Source: Tubiluchus corallicola
Taxonomy: Eukaryota; Animalia; Priapulida
Assembly: GCA_030141605.1 (NCBI GenBank)
Contig: JAQGDQ010000204.1
Span: 124,001 to 188,000 of the forward strand
Reading direction: 5' to 3'
Length of the DNA: 64,000 nucleotides
In this document: in pieces, positions 1 to 12,900 of the stretch
How positions within the stretch are numbered: the stretch's first letter is position 1
Layout: every line of letters starts with the position of its first letter
Notes under the pieces: model-generated
Databases searched by the model: none
Told to the model about the DNA's origin: nothing
Seen by the model: the letters and a program-made list of their open reading frames with translations, nothing else
Program-made: the position numbers and the translations under genes

Positions 1-85
1 TGCATAGCAAAGAAAATTTAAACAATTAATTACGCTATGCAGGTTAAAACACACTTAAGGAATATTACACTCACAGTCAACATAC

Positions 86-2939
86 CTTTAAACGAATTAA
101 CTGTTCAGCACTAAGTTTCTCTAACTCTGCTTCAATAAAAGCTGAATTCACCTGCAACATTAACAAGACATTAGACACTTTGCAGAAAGTACCATAGTTG
201 CTCAGGTATTTACAAAAATAATACTAGTTTAGTATCAAGCCAATCCCAGACTGATTGTGATTAGCACTGATTTAGCGTAATGTTTTAATTCGCCCACCAA
301 ATTAATGAATCAAGAGACTATCCAAACTATAACCTCCATCTGCCGAAAAAATGTCACATTTTCTGTAACAATATCATTTGTATCTTTGTTATCCTATCGC
401 AATGCATTGGCATGAAACATTTTAGTTGCTAATTTAACCAATCGTGATTAAATTATCTTGGTCAAATTAATTAATTGCATGATGGAATAAACTTAAAGTC
501 TGCCTTGATCACAGGGCCTGTGTGGACAAATGGCCATGACTCTTGTAATCCATAGTTTCCTGGTTAAAATCTAGACTTATTCCTTGATTTTTTCACATTT
601 CCCCCTTTGTCCAATTTAGATTCCTAACTGTATGAAATAATAATTGCATGTTAACTGCATCAATAATCGATCACCGTATCATTAAGACTAAAATAACTAA
701 ACAATTAGAACCTGTGCGAGAACATAAACTGTGACTAGAAGTTTCAACAGTAATGCAATTCTGTGAATTATGGTACTTAAAAATGACATTTACAGTAACC
801 CATGAGCACGTACCTTCAATAGAAATAATTCATCCCAGAATCCAGGATTTCCTAATGATGGATCCTCACCCTAAAACAGAAAAAAACCACAAAATATACA
901 GAAAAAATCAAGGAAAAGTAGACTCTACCATTAGTAAATTTAACTAATCAACTAATTTTTAATTATAATTTGATTAATTTTAGAAAGACTCAAAAAATTA
1001 AAAAACTAAGCTAAAATACACACGGCATACAAAACTTACACGATTATTATTAAACTGGATCAGGAGTTTAATTGGGCTAGGCTTCAAGTCAGCATGTACC
1101 GGAATTGGTACATTCATGATTTCCCGAACCAAGTATCACTGACGGTCAGCAGGTTACCAAATCAATCACGCAAATTAGGTAACAATAAATTGAAAGCGTT
1201 ACAGGTTTATTTCGATGTCATTGTAAGCTTAAAACAAAAATCTGCAGGCTTTTCTCACACAACCACACTTGTATCCTGGTCCAAAAAGGATGCAAAAAGT
1301 GCACAATAACCAGTAGAGAAATGTAACAATTTACTGACTGTAGTTACACAGATATACCACATCAGATATTCTACTTGGCATATTATTCATATATAAACAA
1401 GCTGCAACACAGCGAAGGCAACTGACCAATAACAGATCACAGTTCAAGGCATGGTCAATTGTAATAACACTGCACAAATACACAATAAAATCTATAAGGA
1501 ATACAGACTTATCGGACAGACAACAACGTATCACCGCTTCAAACAGCTACATCGGCTTATACTTTCATGCGTCATGCATTATTTTTGGGGTGTACCTAAA
1601 AGTTAGTATTTTTTACACAGTCTCAGACAGAGAGACAAAAAAAATCAAACGTGATCAGCTTGATGCATGCATGTCAAAGACAGATAACATATATTTGCTT
1701 TAAATTGGTATATTTATATATGTATGCACTGACGGCAGGAAATCTGAACTTACAACAGATTTGTACACAGTTCAAGAAAGTATGCAAATATAAGCATATA
1801 ATATAATATTATAATCTCTGCTTGGCATGACTTAAGATTAGACAGGTTAAATTAAACAAGATGCAATTTTTGATTTTTTATATATTTCAACAACTTCAGT
1901 CAGAAATCCTGCATTCAGAGGCAAAGCCTACTCAATGAAATGTTTGTGGGGTAACTGCAGCCAGGCCCGTTATCAAGGATATCCCACTAACAAGAGCCAC
2001 TGAACCAGCAGAGGTGCGTCAGCCACTGAACTAGCAGAGGTGCATCAGCCAAATTCAAATGTACATATATATATATATATATCCCTCTATGAGATGAACA
2101 GCCAAGGTCTACGAATGATACCTCACGGATCGAGTATCAAACCCATGGCACTCACATAAAGTGTGCCAAAGTGTGCATGCCTATCTACTCAGCCATGAAA
2201 CTGCCACAGAAATATATCAAAATCTGTAGTAGTGAATACTTGTGAAATATATTTATTACGTGAAACAGGTGCTGGAGTAGTCCTGTGTATTTATAAATGG
2301 CCAAGTTTTTCAAAACCTTAAGTTATTTTAAGAGATAAGTCTTTAGCAGAACAGCTGATCTAGATAATGAGCGTCATAAAAGTACGTGTCTACTGTAGGC
2401 TGAACCTTCATTGTTAGTATTTACTATCCTATCTTTTGCTATCACAATATGCACAAAGATAAAAAAATCACCATTACACACACACACTAGAATCCTTAAG
2501 ATGCATTTGCCATGTGCATAAAAAACCACACAAAGAATATAAAACAGAGCTTTTGATGGCTTTAGGTGTACACACCCATAGGTAATCTGTAACTAAGCCC
2601 TGAAGATTCAATGCATGGTGTTATTAAACTATACAGTGCTTGTTAAGTGAAAAATAAGTTGGTCTACTTTGGACTAAAATTCGGCAATTTTATTTCCAGA
2701 TAAGCTCTTAACCTTTTGGTGCGGCAAAGTGCAAATAGATATGAGTGTGGTACGAGCATGTGAATGCAGTACCAACTAAGTATTTATCATGCTAACCAAC
2801 ACACACTTACTTATATTAATTGTAATAACATAACTGCACTTACACGAAAAAATGCTTCATATATTTGTACTAATTTTTCCTTAAGCGGCTTCTTTGCATT
2901 AGAACCTTGCCGTAAATAATGCCGTGCTTGGGTTAACAT
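86..2939 (-). CDS. ARMH3: Armadillo-like helical domain-containing protein 3 (C10orf76 orthologue), first three coding exons; the gene continues beyond the left edge
   Basis: Minus-strand exons 2939-2844 (MLTQARHYLRQGSNAKKPLKEKLVQIYEAFFR), 870-814 (GEDPSLGNPGFWDELFLLK) and 151-86 (VNSAFIEAELEKLSAEQLIRLK). All have GT-AG boundaries in phase 0. The peptides match the remembered ARMH3 N-terminus (KKPLKEK..Y...F.. EDP....FW.ELFL.KVN). A probable 5' UTR exon has a GTACGT donor near 3666. Confidence 0.88.
1995..2050. repeat. 26-bp tandem duplication (AGCCACTGAAC.AGCAGAGGTGC.TC, two copies)
   Basis: Units start at 1995 and 2021 and differ at two positions. Confidence 0.8.
2120..2205 (-). mobile_element. 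Degenerate tRNA-derived SINE head in an ARMH3 intron
   Basis: Minus strand has an A-box-like TGGCTGAGTAG (2195-2185) and a B-box-like GGTTTGATACTC (2143-2132) at tRNA-like spacing. No complete cloverleaf is visible. Confidence 0.4.
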
Positions 2940-3744
2940 CTTTTCTTCCAAAAATGGTTAGAGTTAATTTTACAACCTGGTTAAAGTAACACTGCAATGA
3001 TCTGAAATGAAAAAAAACACACAAATAAACAAATTTGAAAATAAAATACCAGAAACAAAAGATACTATAATTGCCAAAGAGTATTACCTTCCTGTAATAG
3101 CAATCGTAATATGCAGTCTTATTGTAAAGAAAAAAATCTGCAAAGCTAAGTGCAAATTATTACAAGACTTATCTTTAAATTATTATAAACTATCACAAGA
3201 CTTCGTTCATCTCAACAGAATACCTACGTAACCTATGGTATACACACTAGCTGCATGGGCGGAAAGATCCTACAACATCAACCATCCTGCAGGCAATATC
3301 AACATTTAGGACACTCGATAGCAAACCAACAAGGTTTTTACAAAGGGGAAATTCTGGTACTTGCTCTTACTGCGCATGATCCTGGCAAAATCACTACAGT
3401 ACTGAAAACAACACGTGGAGTCGTGGACCTGTAGCAACACTAACCAAGGTGCTTTATTGTTCATTAATATTCAGAACTTGCGCACTTGGTAATTCCAACG
3501 TGACAGACTTGAAAGCATGAAAACTTACTTACAACAACACAATGTTTGAGAAACATGGCATAATTTGGAGGGGGTAACAGCATCACAGGAATTTCTTTAC
3601 AAATCGAATTTTGTTGTTCAAAAACTTCTTCATACATTCAAAAGGGTTCATAATTCATTCACGTACCGAAGACATACTAAGTTGAGTGAATTTCTATGAT
3701 TATATAATGGGGTTAGAGTTAGGCCATTTTTTTCATATTAGCTC

Positions 3745-3783
3745 GTCACGTGTATTTGATATTTTGTCATATGTATGACGTCA
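3745..3783. promoter_or_regulatory. Putative ARMH3 proximal promoter motifs: E-box GTCACGTG and palindromic CRE TGACGTCA
   Basis: GTCACGTG at 3745-3752 and TGACGTCA at 3776-3783, about 80-120 bp upstream (minus-strand sense) of the putative UTR-exon donor near 3666. Confidence 0.4.
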
Positions 3784-5983
3784 TCAGGAACGGATAAACA
3801 GTAAACCGACCGCAATTAATAACATTTTAATGGTTAGCAAAAAGCCTAACCGTCTCAACTAACTAGTGTTTCCAGCGGGTAATCAGGTACCTGAGTAATT
3901 ACCCGCATTGTTTATTATACAAGTCTGATAATTATACCTGGTTCCAACAATGAAAATGCACATATTATTGTTAATACATTGTTTCTGAATTTAAAATTTA
4001 AATGCCACCTTCGTAGCACTTCTACAGTAGCTACGGTAGTCTAAACTATTAATTGCTGGATTACCAGCGCACCAGGCCGATAGTGCATGTGGAGACGAAT
4101 TGTCACCATCTCTGCTAGCTCTTAAAGTGATTACAATGGCTTTGGCAAAAAGTAACGTTTGGAAATATTTTCTAATTTGGAATTATCTCTAACTGTTGCA
4201 ACTGCAAGGCAGATTAAACCACTTTTGCCGTAGGAGTGACGTACATAAAACAACTATAATTTCTTTATCAAGAGGTCAACTATCTAAATGAAATTGTTTA
4301 CTAACATTTAATACTATATTAGGCCACTAATAAAGATATGTTTAAACAATTCTTACATTCAACAACACAAAAAATGACAATATCTAGGTAATTATTATTC
4401 CCTTAACTCCTACACTGTATTAATGTGGTAGCTGTGCTGATGTAGCTGACTCATTGATGTAAAGTATGCATGGGTTTGGAAGTACAGTGTAATTAAGACT
4501 TGTAGGCAGATAAGGGCAAAAACTTGTTGAAGGGCGGTGTGTGACTCATGGGTCATGTCAAGGTAATGCTGCAGTTGGGTGAAATATACCAGTCGTTGCT
4601 TTTATGTACGAATAAAAGTGATTTCAACTCCTTCACTGCTGGTGTATGTTACATCTTACGGTACCCGACGGATATAAGAAAAAGGGTACTCAAGTCTAAT
4701 TTTTGCTACCCATGTAAACACTGGTTTCACCCTTAATCTGAATCGAAGAAGTACAAGAGTACAAAGGTTCATCCCACCCCCTAATTAAGACCTGATGTCA
4801 AAAACTTCTTAAATGTTGCTGTCAGCCAACTAAAGTGTGCCATGACAGATTTCCAAGCAAGCTCTGTGCAAATATGATGGTAAGTGTGAGTGTTTTAGAA
4901 GTATTGTTATAAAGATCTATAAATTCTGATTTAAGCAGTTTGTTTCAGGTGCTGGTATACATAATATTGTTTACCAAGCATGAATAATCCTTAATCCTTG
5001 ACCTTTAAAAGTTATATCTAGATGCTAAGATCATCATCATCCAACTTCTAGTAAAACATACGATACAGCTAATATATTACACAAGCACCTGCAGCCGTCT
5101 TGGCACCCATATTTAAATCCTAAGTAAAGTGATATCATAGGTGCACTTAAGCATCAGACTTGACCTTGACCTTGATCATCATCTTATCTGCTTTAACAGC
5201 TAAGACATGGCCTTTATATCTAGCAACAGCAAGCTTGAAATGGCAGCCATATAGGAGCATTTTCGATTGGCCTCATATCTACAGTTAATCACCTCGGTGG
5301 GTTCTAGCCTTCTGTGTAGGTGAAATGAACCACTTTCCACCATTCTGTTTGTCTATATGATGAGGATCTGGTGGCAATTTTATTTTATTTTACTTTTGTT
5401 TATTGGACTGTGTCAGTTTCTTTGCACTCATTTTTGGATATAGTAAAAGCTTTTTAGATTCAACAAGGTCGAACTGATAAGTTTTGTTTTATTGTAAATC
5501 TTTAAGTGAACCAGTTAATTAAATTGCAAGGTGAGCATAATTTTAGCATTATGTGTGGCAGTCGTTTATGAAACAAAAGTAACAGAAATGGATTCCGATG
5601 GTTAAGTTACTCTGGAACATCACAGAAACGTAATGTTAATTTTCTGGGAATTTCTTTTGATTTATATTTTCCCACGAAAACGTGGCAGCCATTGTTTAAA
5701 ATGTGCTTTTATAACACCTACTATGTTGTCAACTTGTAAAGAAAAAACGTCCCTAGAACTTTATAAAGCGCCCTTTCAGGATTTTCTTCCGGTCTAACAT
5801 TCACAGTACGTACACGTACGTAAAATGGTACCATACATAGCGCGGTAGTACATGGCGAGGTGGTACACATGGATGCCAAGCAAGCATGAAAGCTCAGTTT
5901 ACAGTTTTAAAACCGGCTTAATCATGTCCTTTTAGGCCTACAGTATGCAGTTTTCATCAGTAGTAGAAGCACTCTGGTCAAGT

Positions 5984-6124
5984 TATGTCGATTGCAAATG
6001 CCAAGTACCACAAAAACAACTTTGAAAAGAAAAAAACATTCTAATATTAAGCATATGTCGATTGCAAATGCCAAGTACCACAAAAACAACTTTGAAAAGA
6101 AAAAAAACATTCTAATATTAAGCA
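5984..6124. repeat. Near-perfect 70-bp tandem duplication
   Basis: TATGTCGATTGCAAATGCCAAGTACC...TAATATTAAGCA at 5984-6053 and 6054-6124; the copies differ by one A in the poly-A run. Confidence 0.92.
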
Positions 6125-6448
6125 GCTTTTAACGTAAAGAAAATTTAGAAAGTGCAATATACAATTGGCCCAAGAGATTTAAACCAGTCCAAGCATTTCG
6201 TTTGACAGATTACTGGTTAATAATTTTCAAAAAATTACTCATGTTTTCCAACACTTTTTGCTTTCAATAAGGGAGATCTTGAAGCTTCAGCAAAGTTCCT
6301 GAAATTTTTGTTAAGAAGTATAGTTTTGCTTGTTTACTTTTGCGGTGCGCACTGCGCACGTGTTAGCTGGTGTCACTCGTCAGCTGTGGCTTCATTATAG
6401 CGGCGGTGACCAGTTTCTTGCTTTTTTGTTTTTTAACTTATTCAAAGA

Positions 6449-6904
6449 ATGTTGTCTAACGGTTTGTTAGCTTTTCGTTTAACTTTCCGAAAATGCTTGT
6501 CATCGTCACAGTCTCTTGCACGAAGATTCTCTAATGACAATCGAATACCAAAAAATGTAGCAGTGGTATGGTTTGATGTTTCTTTGCTGTGTTCTTAACA
6601 ATAATTGTTTGTTATAAAAATTACGTTGTTTTATTATTGTGTAAAGAGGTGTAGAATTGTTTCAACGTTGTCGTTTGGTCAAAAATCTTTTCAGTTTATT
6701 CATTATAGTGTAATTTCTTAACATGCGCACGTTGCGTGAATTATCATGTACATGTTGTATTTCAGTTATTGGTTTTGAATTGTATAGAATTTTATTGATT
6801 TGTGTGTTTGGCTGTTCCAGTTAATAAAAAATGCCTCAATTAAGAAACTTGAAACAAGGAAAAGACACGACCTTTTGAACTACCACTGTAGCTTATCTTC
6901 AGTG

Positions 6905-6965
<61 letters not shown>

Positions 6966-9900
6966 ACTCACTCACTCACTCACTCACTCACTCACTCACT
7001 CACTCACTCACTCACTCACTCACTCACTCACTCACTCACTCACTCACACTCACTCACTCACTCACTCACTCACATTCTCCATTTCATTTTTCTTTGAAAT
7101 GAAAATGCATTGTAGGTTAGCACAGTTGCTTTTTAAACAAGGTTCTTTGCAAAGCAAATGATAATAGAGATGTTTCGTTAACAATTCCATAAAGAAAGAT
7201 TTGTGCAGTTCCAGATCAACATAAAAGAATATCATTTTTTGTAGGTATTGTCTGGTTGTGGAGTATATGATGGGTCAGAAGTGCATGAAGCATCAGCGTA
7301 AGTAGACCTACTGAATTTATGTTACCCATGTGATTAATTTAAATGTTATTGAAGTTGTAAATATTACACATCTTTGGCTATAGTAGTGTACATAATACTA
7401 CTATATATTGTAATTTTAAGTATTTTAATCTTACATTAATAAATATCTATCACATCTCACAGGTTAATTAATTTAATGTTACATGTTAGTTTATGTGTGC
7501 TAGTGGAGAAACTGGGTTAATTTTTCACTTCTGTTTAATTTCTTCGCTAATGTAGATTTTGGTTGTTTTTCAAATTTGCATGAATTGATTATTGATAAAC
7601 TGTCATTTGTCGGATTCATTTATACTAGTATATGTTTGTGTCAGAAAGTAAACTGCGGTCAGCATGCTAATAAAGTACTTATTTGTACTTATATCATTTT
7701 TTTAGTTAACAATACTTAATTTAATGCAGTCTTACAGTGACTAAGTTGTATATAAATTATAGTGTTTTAGTACATCTCAGTCGTGGAGGAGCTAACACTC
7801 ACATCTTTGCTCCTGACAAGGAACAGATGCATGTCATTAATCATCTCACAGGCCAACCAGAAGATGGCCAGAAACGGTAACTATAACTTATTAATAATAG
7901 TATGTATTTTAGTGTAGGTATGCATGTAATGGATGTGAAATGAGTTTATATTCTAGAATTAGTAAGTTTAACATTAACAAAGCAATAGAACCTTTTTATA
8001 GATAGGGATATAGATATTAATGCTTGACAGCGATTGTTTTTGTTCGAGTGAATGGCAGCAGGAGAATTCCGTGTAAGTGTTTTATAAAATTAAGCTTGCT
8101 GGTGCTAATTTCTTTTTACCTTCAGCTAAAAACACTACTCGAAACAGTCTGTAGTCTACGGTATTTGATTAGCTAATTTCAAACAGTTATTTTCTAATTA
8201 TTACTAAGACTTTGCTAATCCATTCACTACAATAGGCCTAACAAAGTTTGATGACAGCAATCACTGTGTGAAGTTTATATGCAATAAGTAGAGCCGTGCT
8301 GTTACCACTGAGCTCTAGCCAGTTTATTTCTACAGTTGACAGAGCCGATAAGAAACCAGCTTTAGTTGCCCCAGCCACTCAGTGATGGTAGTCGAACTAG
8401 GCGCCATTTTGCCAGCTGCAAAGATTTTCGCTCTTGCAATAATGACATAACCCTGCGAATCATTGGTTGAAATGTGGCAAACGCATTGCGTATTCGCAGT
8501 CAGAATGTGCATGTGCTGGCAGATACTAAATTTCAGAAATTTTTGAACGAGAAAGCTGGTCAATTTAAAATTAAATACACAAATAGGCAATATTATTCAC
8601 ACTTATGGGATCGTTTTGGTGTTTTGATTCGTCAGTAATTGGGATGAGCCCCACCCAGCCTCTTTTGTAATAATAATAAAAAATTGATCTCTAATTGATC
8701 TCTAATCAATTGAATTTGGACATAAGCTTTTTTCTGTGTTTAAGCAACACGAATTATTTAAGAAATTTGTCTCCATAATTTAGCAGTTAACTAACAATTT
8801 ATCATTTATTTACTTAACAAAAATTCGTAACTTTAGCTGGCTTTGCTGATTTTTTCTTTAAACCAACTCAGCTTGATATAGTGACAACTGACTCAGCTTC
8901 AGCCTCTAGTAATAAATGTGTCTGCTGTATTGGTTTGGAAAACAGAGTGAAAGAACTTTCTTTTGCTAAATTAATACTCAAAAATCGAACTTTAAATTCC
9001 TCAGTGGCTTGCTAACGGTTGTCTATTCGAAGAAATGAAAATAAAGCACTTTGCAAATCCAGTTGTGATTAATTGATCATTATAAAATAGTTAATTGATC
9101 AAACTATTTAATCATTTAGGTGTAGATTACACAGATGTTGCAAATTACAAGAAAATCGCAAATGTAATGTTGCAAAAATCACATAAATTAGATATTAAGC
9201 TTCTTTTAAGCAATCTTAAAATAATAAGCATCTTACAATTACGTATATTGGCCAACTCTGGCATTTAAATCTTACTAGCATCAAACTTTAGGAAAAGATC
9301 ACCGCAATTAAATCAGAAAGCTGGCAACCTAACATTCAGATGGCAAAACAGTTTACTCCTAATGAATTCTGCATATGAACTAATCTAATCATCTAAGTAT
9401 GTACGTAAAGGCTATTAAGTTTAAAAGTAAGCTTCATTCAAGATCTAAAGGCCTAAGAGGTGGCAACACACGACAGTATACACCAACACTGACCCTTAAA
9501 TTGTATACGAAAGGATAGTGCTCTACAGAAGTTTTATGGTCAATATTAACATTCTCTTAAATTTCTTGAACTCTGAAACACAGGTAATTATTAATTTACA
9601 TTTGTGTATCATTTTTCACCTAATCATCCACCATTGTCACATTACTGTGTAATATAACTAAATATAACTAACATTTATATCTATGTTAGTTAAATAGCAT
9701 AATATGCTATTATGAGATTATGTTTTTTGTAAATTCACCAAGTTCAGTTCATTGGACTGCTTGTATTGTTAACAGTGCAGATGAATGTTCCTATCTTTTC
9801 ATCACATTTTTAATTATAGAAATGTACTGGTGGAATCTGCTAGAATAGCCAGAGGTCAAGTAAAGGCATTAGACTTACTTCACGAGAGGGATTTTCATGC

Positions 9901-12900
9901 AGTGATTTTTCCAGGTGGCTTTGGTGCAGCAAAAAATTTGTAAGTTAAATTACTACATGTTATTTTCAACTTCCTTCTTTTTCTGACACAGACAAGAAGC
10001 ATTAGTGTGTAATTTATTCTTCAAAATAATTAGATATTTTTCATACAGTTAGTTAAAAAGCAGTCTTAGTTTGTTTAAGGTTGATGATTCAAGTGAAATA
10101 AACTATTCGGTTAGCACTTGAGTGTGGTGCACTTTTGTCACAATTCTAGGCACTCATTTTAGAAATTCATGATCTTTTGGAATAGTTATAGCTATAATCT
10201 ATTAACAATAATAAGCATTAGTTAAAGTGCATAATTTAAGCTTAAACTAGTTCACGTAGTATTAATGCAGTTCCACACCCTCTCATAAAGTCACTGTCAG
10301 CAAAAAAATTTTCAACATTTTTTTACCTTGTGGTTTGGTTGTTTGACCTTTTGAACCAAGAAACAGTTCAAGACTTACCCAGCCCTATATCCGTTTGCCT
10401 TACCATTAGTGCTTTCCTCAAAATGTCTTGTTTAAACTACTCACTAAAATATGCTGCTTGTCAAGTGTTATAAGTTACTCTAGTTTGCTTGCCTAGATGT
10501 CCTTGCAATATGTTTGATTGGGCTGATGTGGTGTAATTGGTGTTTTAGCCAGGTTTGGATGTGTAAATTTCCTTCTTTATGAGCTAAACTGCAAGGGTAG
10601 TGTAGCAGATAAAAGCTCGGGGAGGCAGTTTCAAAGCGGTCACCCATCTATTTTTGATCAAACTTGATGTTGCTTTTCTTTGGTCATTAAGTACTCACCA
10701 GGAATCAGTTATGCCCAAAAATTTCCCAACATCAGATATTCAGAGTCCTTGTGCTTTACAGTAAGTAAAAATATCTAGAGCTAAGCTATATCTAGAGCAA
10801 GTGTCAGCAATACATTTTCTTCTTGAACTGTAACTTCTATGTTAAACAATACACACAAAATTCCTTAAAAATGACTGGCAAAAATCTATAGGCTAGGCTG
10901 TAAGCACAGCTTCATTAAATTTGTGTATCCCTGTGTGATGTATCAATACTTTATTTCATAAATGACATATTACATACAGAAGTAGTGTCGTGCTGAATAC
11001 ACTAGCATTAATATTTTGTTTATATTCCGTATTGTTGATATGCCATTTTCAGAAGTGGTATAATACCGGATATACTGGTAATTTGTTGCTGTAGCGTAAG
11101 ACTGTACATCTTCAATCCAATTAAGAAGTGGTCTAATCTTTGTGAAGAGGGAAGCACCGTTGCAATATTCGCCTTGTGATATAACTCCAATTAGTTCTTC
11201 TGTAGTTGGCAGCACCAGTGGCCCTCCAGAGTCTCCATAACAAGCAGTAATGTCTGGAGTGTATGAGCAGATTGCAACTGTTTTGTTAACATCTGTACAA
11301 AATCCAGTATCGACAACTGTTGTTGTCAGCTTTTGTAAGTCAGGATGGTATAGCCCTTTTTTCTCATCTGCCTTTATCCTTCCCCACCCTGCTGTAGCGA
11401 CTGTCTCATTCATGTAATTAGAGCTTCGACAAAGTGGTAGTTTAGCAGGCTGAATGTCGTCATCAAATGCAACTTTACGATTCATTCGCACCAGAGCCAC
11501 GTCAGCTTCATGTTTAAAATCATTGCCTTTATTCACAACAGTGGAATTGTAATCAGGATGCATCTTGTAATAGTAAACCCAACGTTCAACCTTTGGTTCA
11601 TCTAATTTGTTGCTTCCTAAATACATCTTAAAATCATGCTCAGTTTCTGCATCAATAACACAGTGTGCTGCAGTTAAAACCCATTTGTTGTTGAGGAGGG
11701 TTCCTCCGCACACTTCCTGACTAGAGAGCAAAATATCTCCTAAACTAGTTTTTTTTTTTCCCAATGAAGTGCCACAATGTAGGGGAATTCTCTATTGTCA
11801 ACATCCTCACCGCCAACAATTCTGGGTTCTGGTAGTACTTTAGGTGGCTCTGAAGAGTTCCTGAGAAATAAGTGGCCAGGTGCTGCTCTTTTTCTTCGAT
11901 TTCAAGCTGCCAAATTATTTAAATGTGTTGCAGCTTTGCTTCCCGACTGACATGTAAGAAAGCAGGACAAGACAATGCAGAATAAGATGACACTTGTTGC
12001 TAAGTTGTGACTCATTTATACTTGCTGTACATAAATTTCAATAAATTTCTGAAACTTTCCGTTAAGTCAGAAGCTGAGAAGCTGGAATTATTCAATATTC
12101 TCCTAGACAATGACATTGTAGCTATAATAAGTTTTTCACACTATGCATTGTTTAAATTCAGTAACATTTAATTTTGGAATCGTCATTTGTGCTTTTTCGT
12201 GGTGGCAGCATCTTGCTAGTTCTTACTGTTTTGGAACAACTTAAAGAGATACTAAACTGTAGAACAACATTAGTTCAGATCAGTTGCTGTATCCTATTAA
12301 AGCGATTTCGTCAAAAAATTTCGAACGATATACTTCACGAACTCCTAAAGAAGAAATTTCGCAGTCAAAAATTCCCAGTTTCACCCTGTGATCAGCTTTC
12401 GGAGGCACTACGCCATCATTGGTGCATTTCTTCCCATGATGCATAAGCTATGATGTCATCTCATCCTCGCGTGTTTGGCCTGGTCAACTAAATACTAGTA
12501 TATGCAGAGAAACGACGCAGTTTTTCACTGTTTATAGGTAACAATACCTGAGCTGACTGCTAAAAATCGACACATACAGTAAACAGCAGGAACACGGAAA
12601 ACAATAGAATAGTTTTACTAATTTTTAAATACTGGGCTGCAAAGCTTTGATGTTCTCTGCTGGGATTCGCATACTTTTTTCATCTTAGCTGTTGACCTTT
12701 AGCCTCTAACAACATTCATACAGTTTTTTGTGATGTAAAAATGTAACCCAATTTACTTTTTTCAAGCCAGCATCCATATTAGCATGTATTAGGTGAAATT
12801 CATAAAGCCATTTATGCAAGAATTTCCCATCATTACATTACTCTCGGCACTCTAATTCCCAGATTTTGGCATGCATAATGAGAAGTAGTAGCCGGCTGGC

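Noticed and set aside
5357-5480. ATGATGA ... CTGA as a C/D snoRNA
   Set aside because: No terminal stem or internal boxes, and such motifs are expected by chance in AT-rich DNA.
6800-7102. 100-aa ORF with SLSL/THSL repeats
   Set aside because: It is the translation of the (CT)n(CACT)n microsatellite in GATD3 intron 1.
7985-9030. Possible 1-kb DNA transposon with AATAGA...TCTATT ends in GATD3 intron 3
   Set aside because: The terminal match is too short and no TSD could be established.
11902-11904. In-frame TGA of the nested protease as possible selenocysteine
   Set aside because: It lies in the propeptide rather than at a conserved Cys, no SECIS is evident in the very short 3' UTR, and a separate frameshift is also present.
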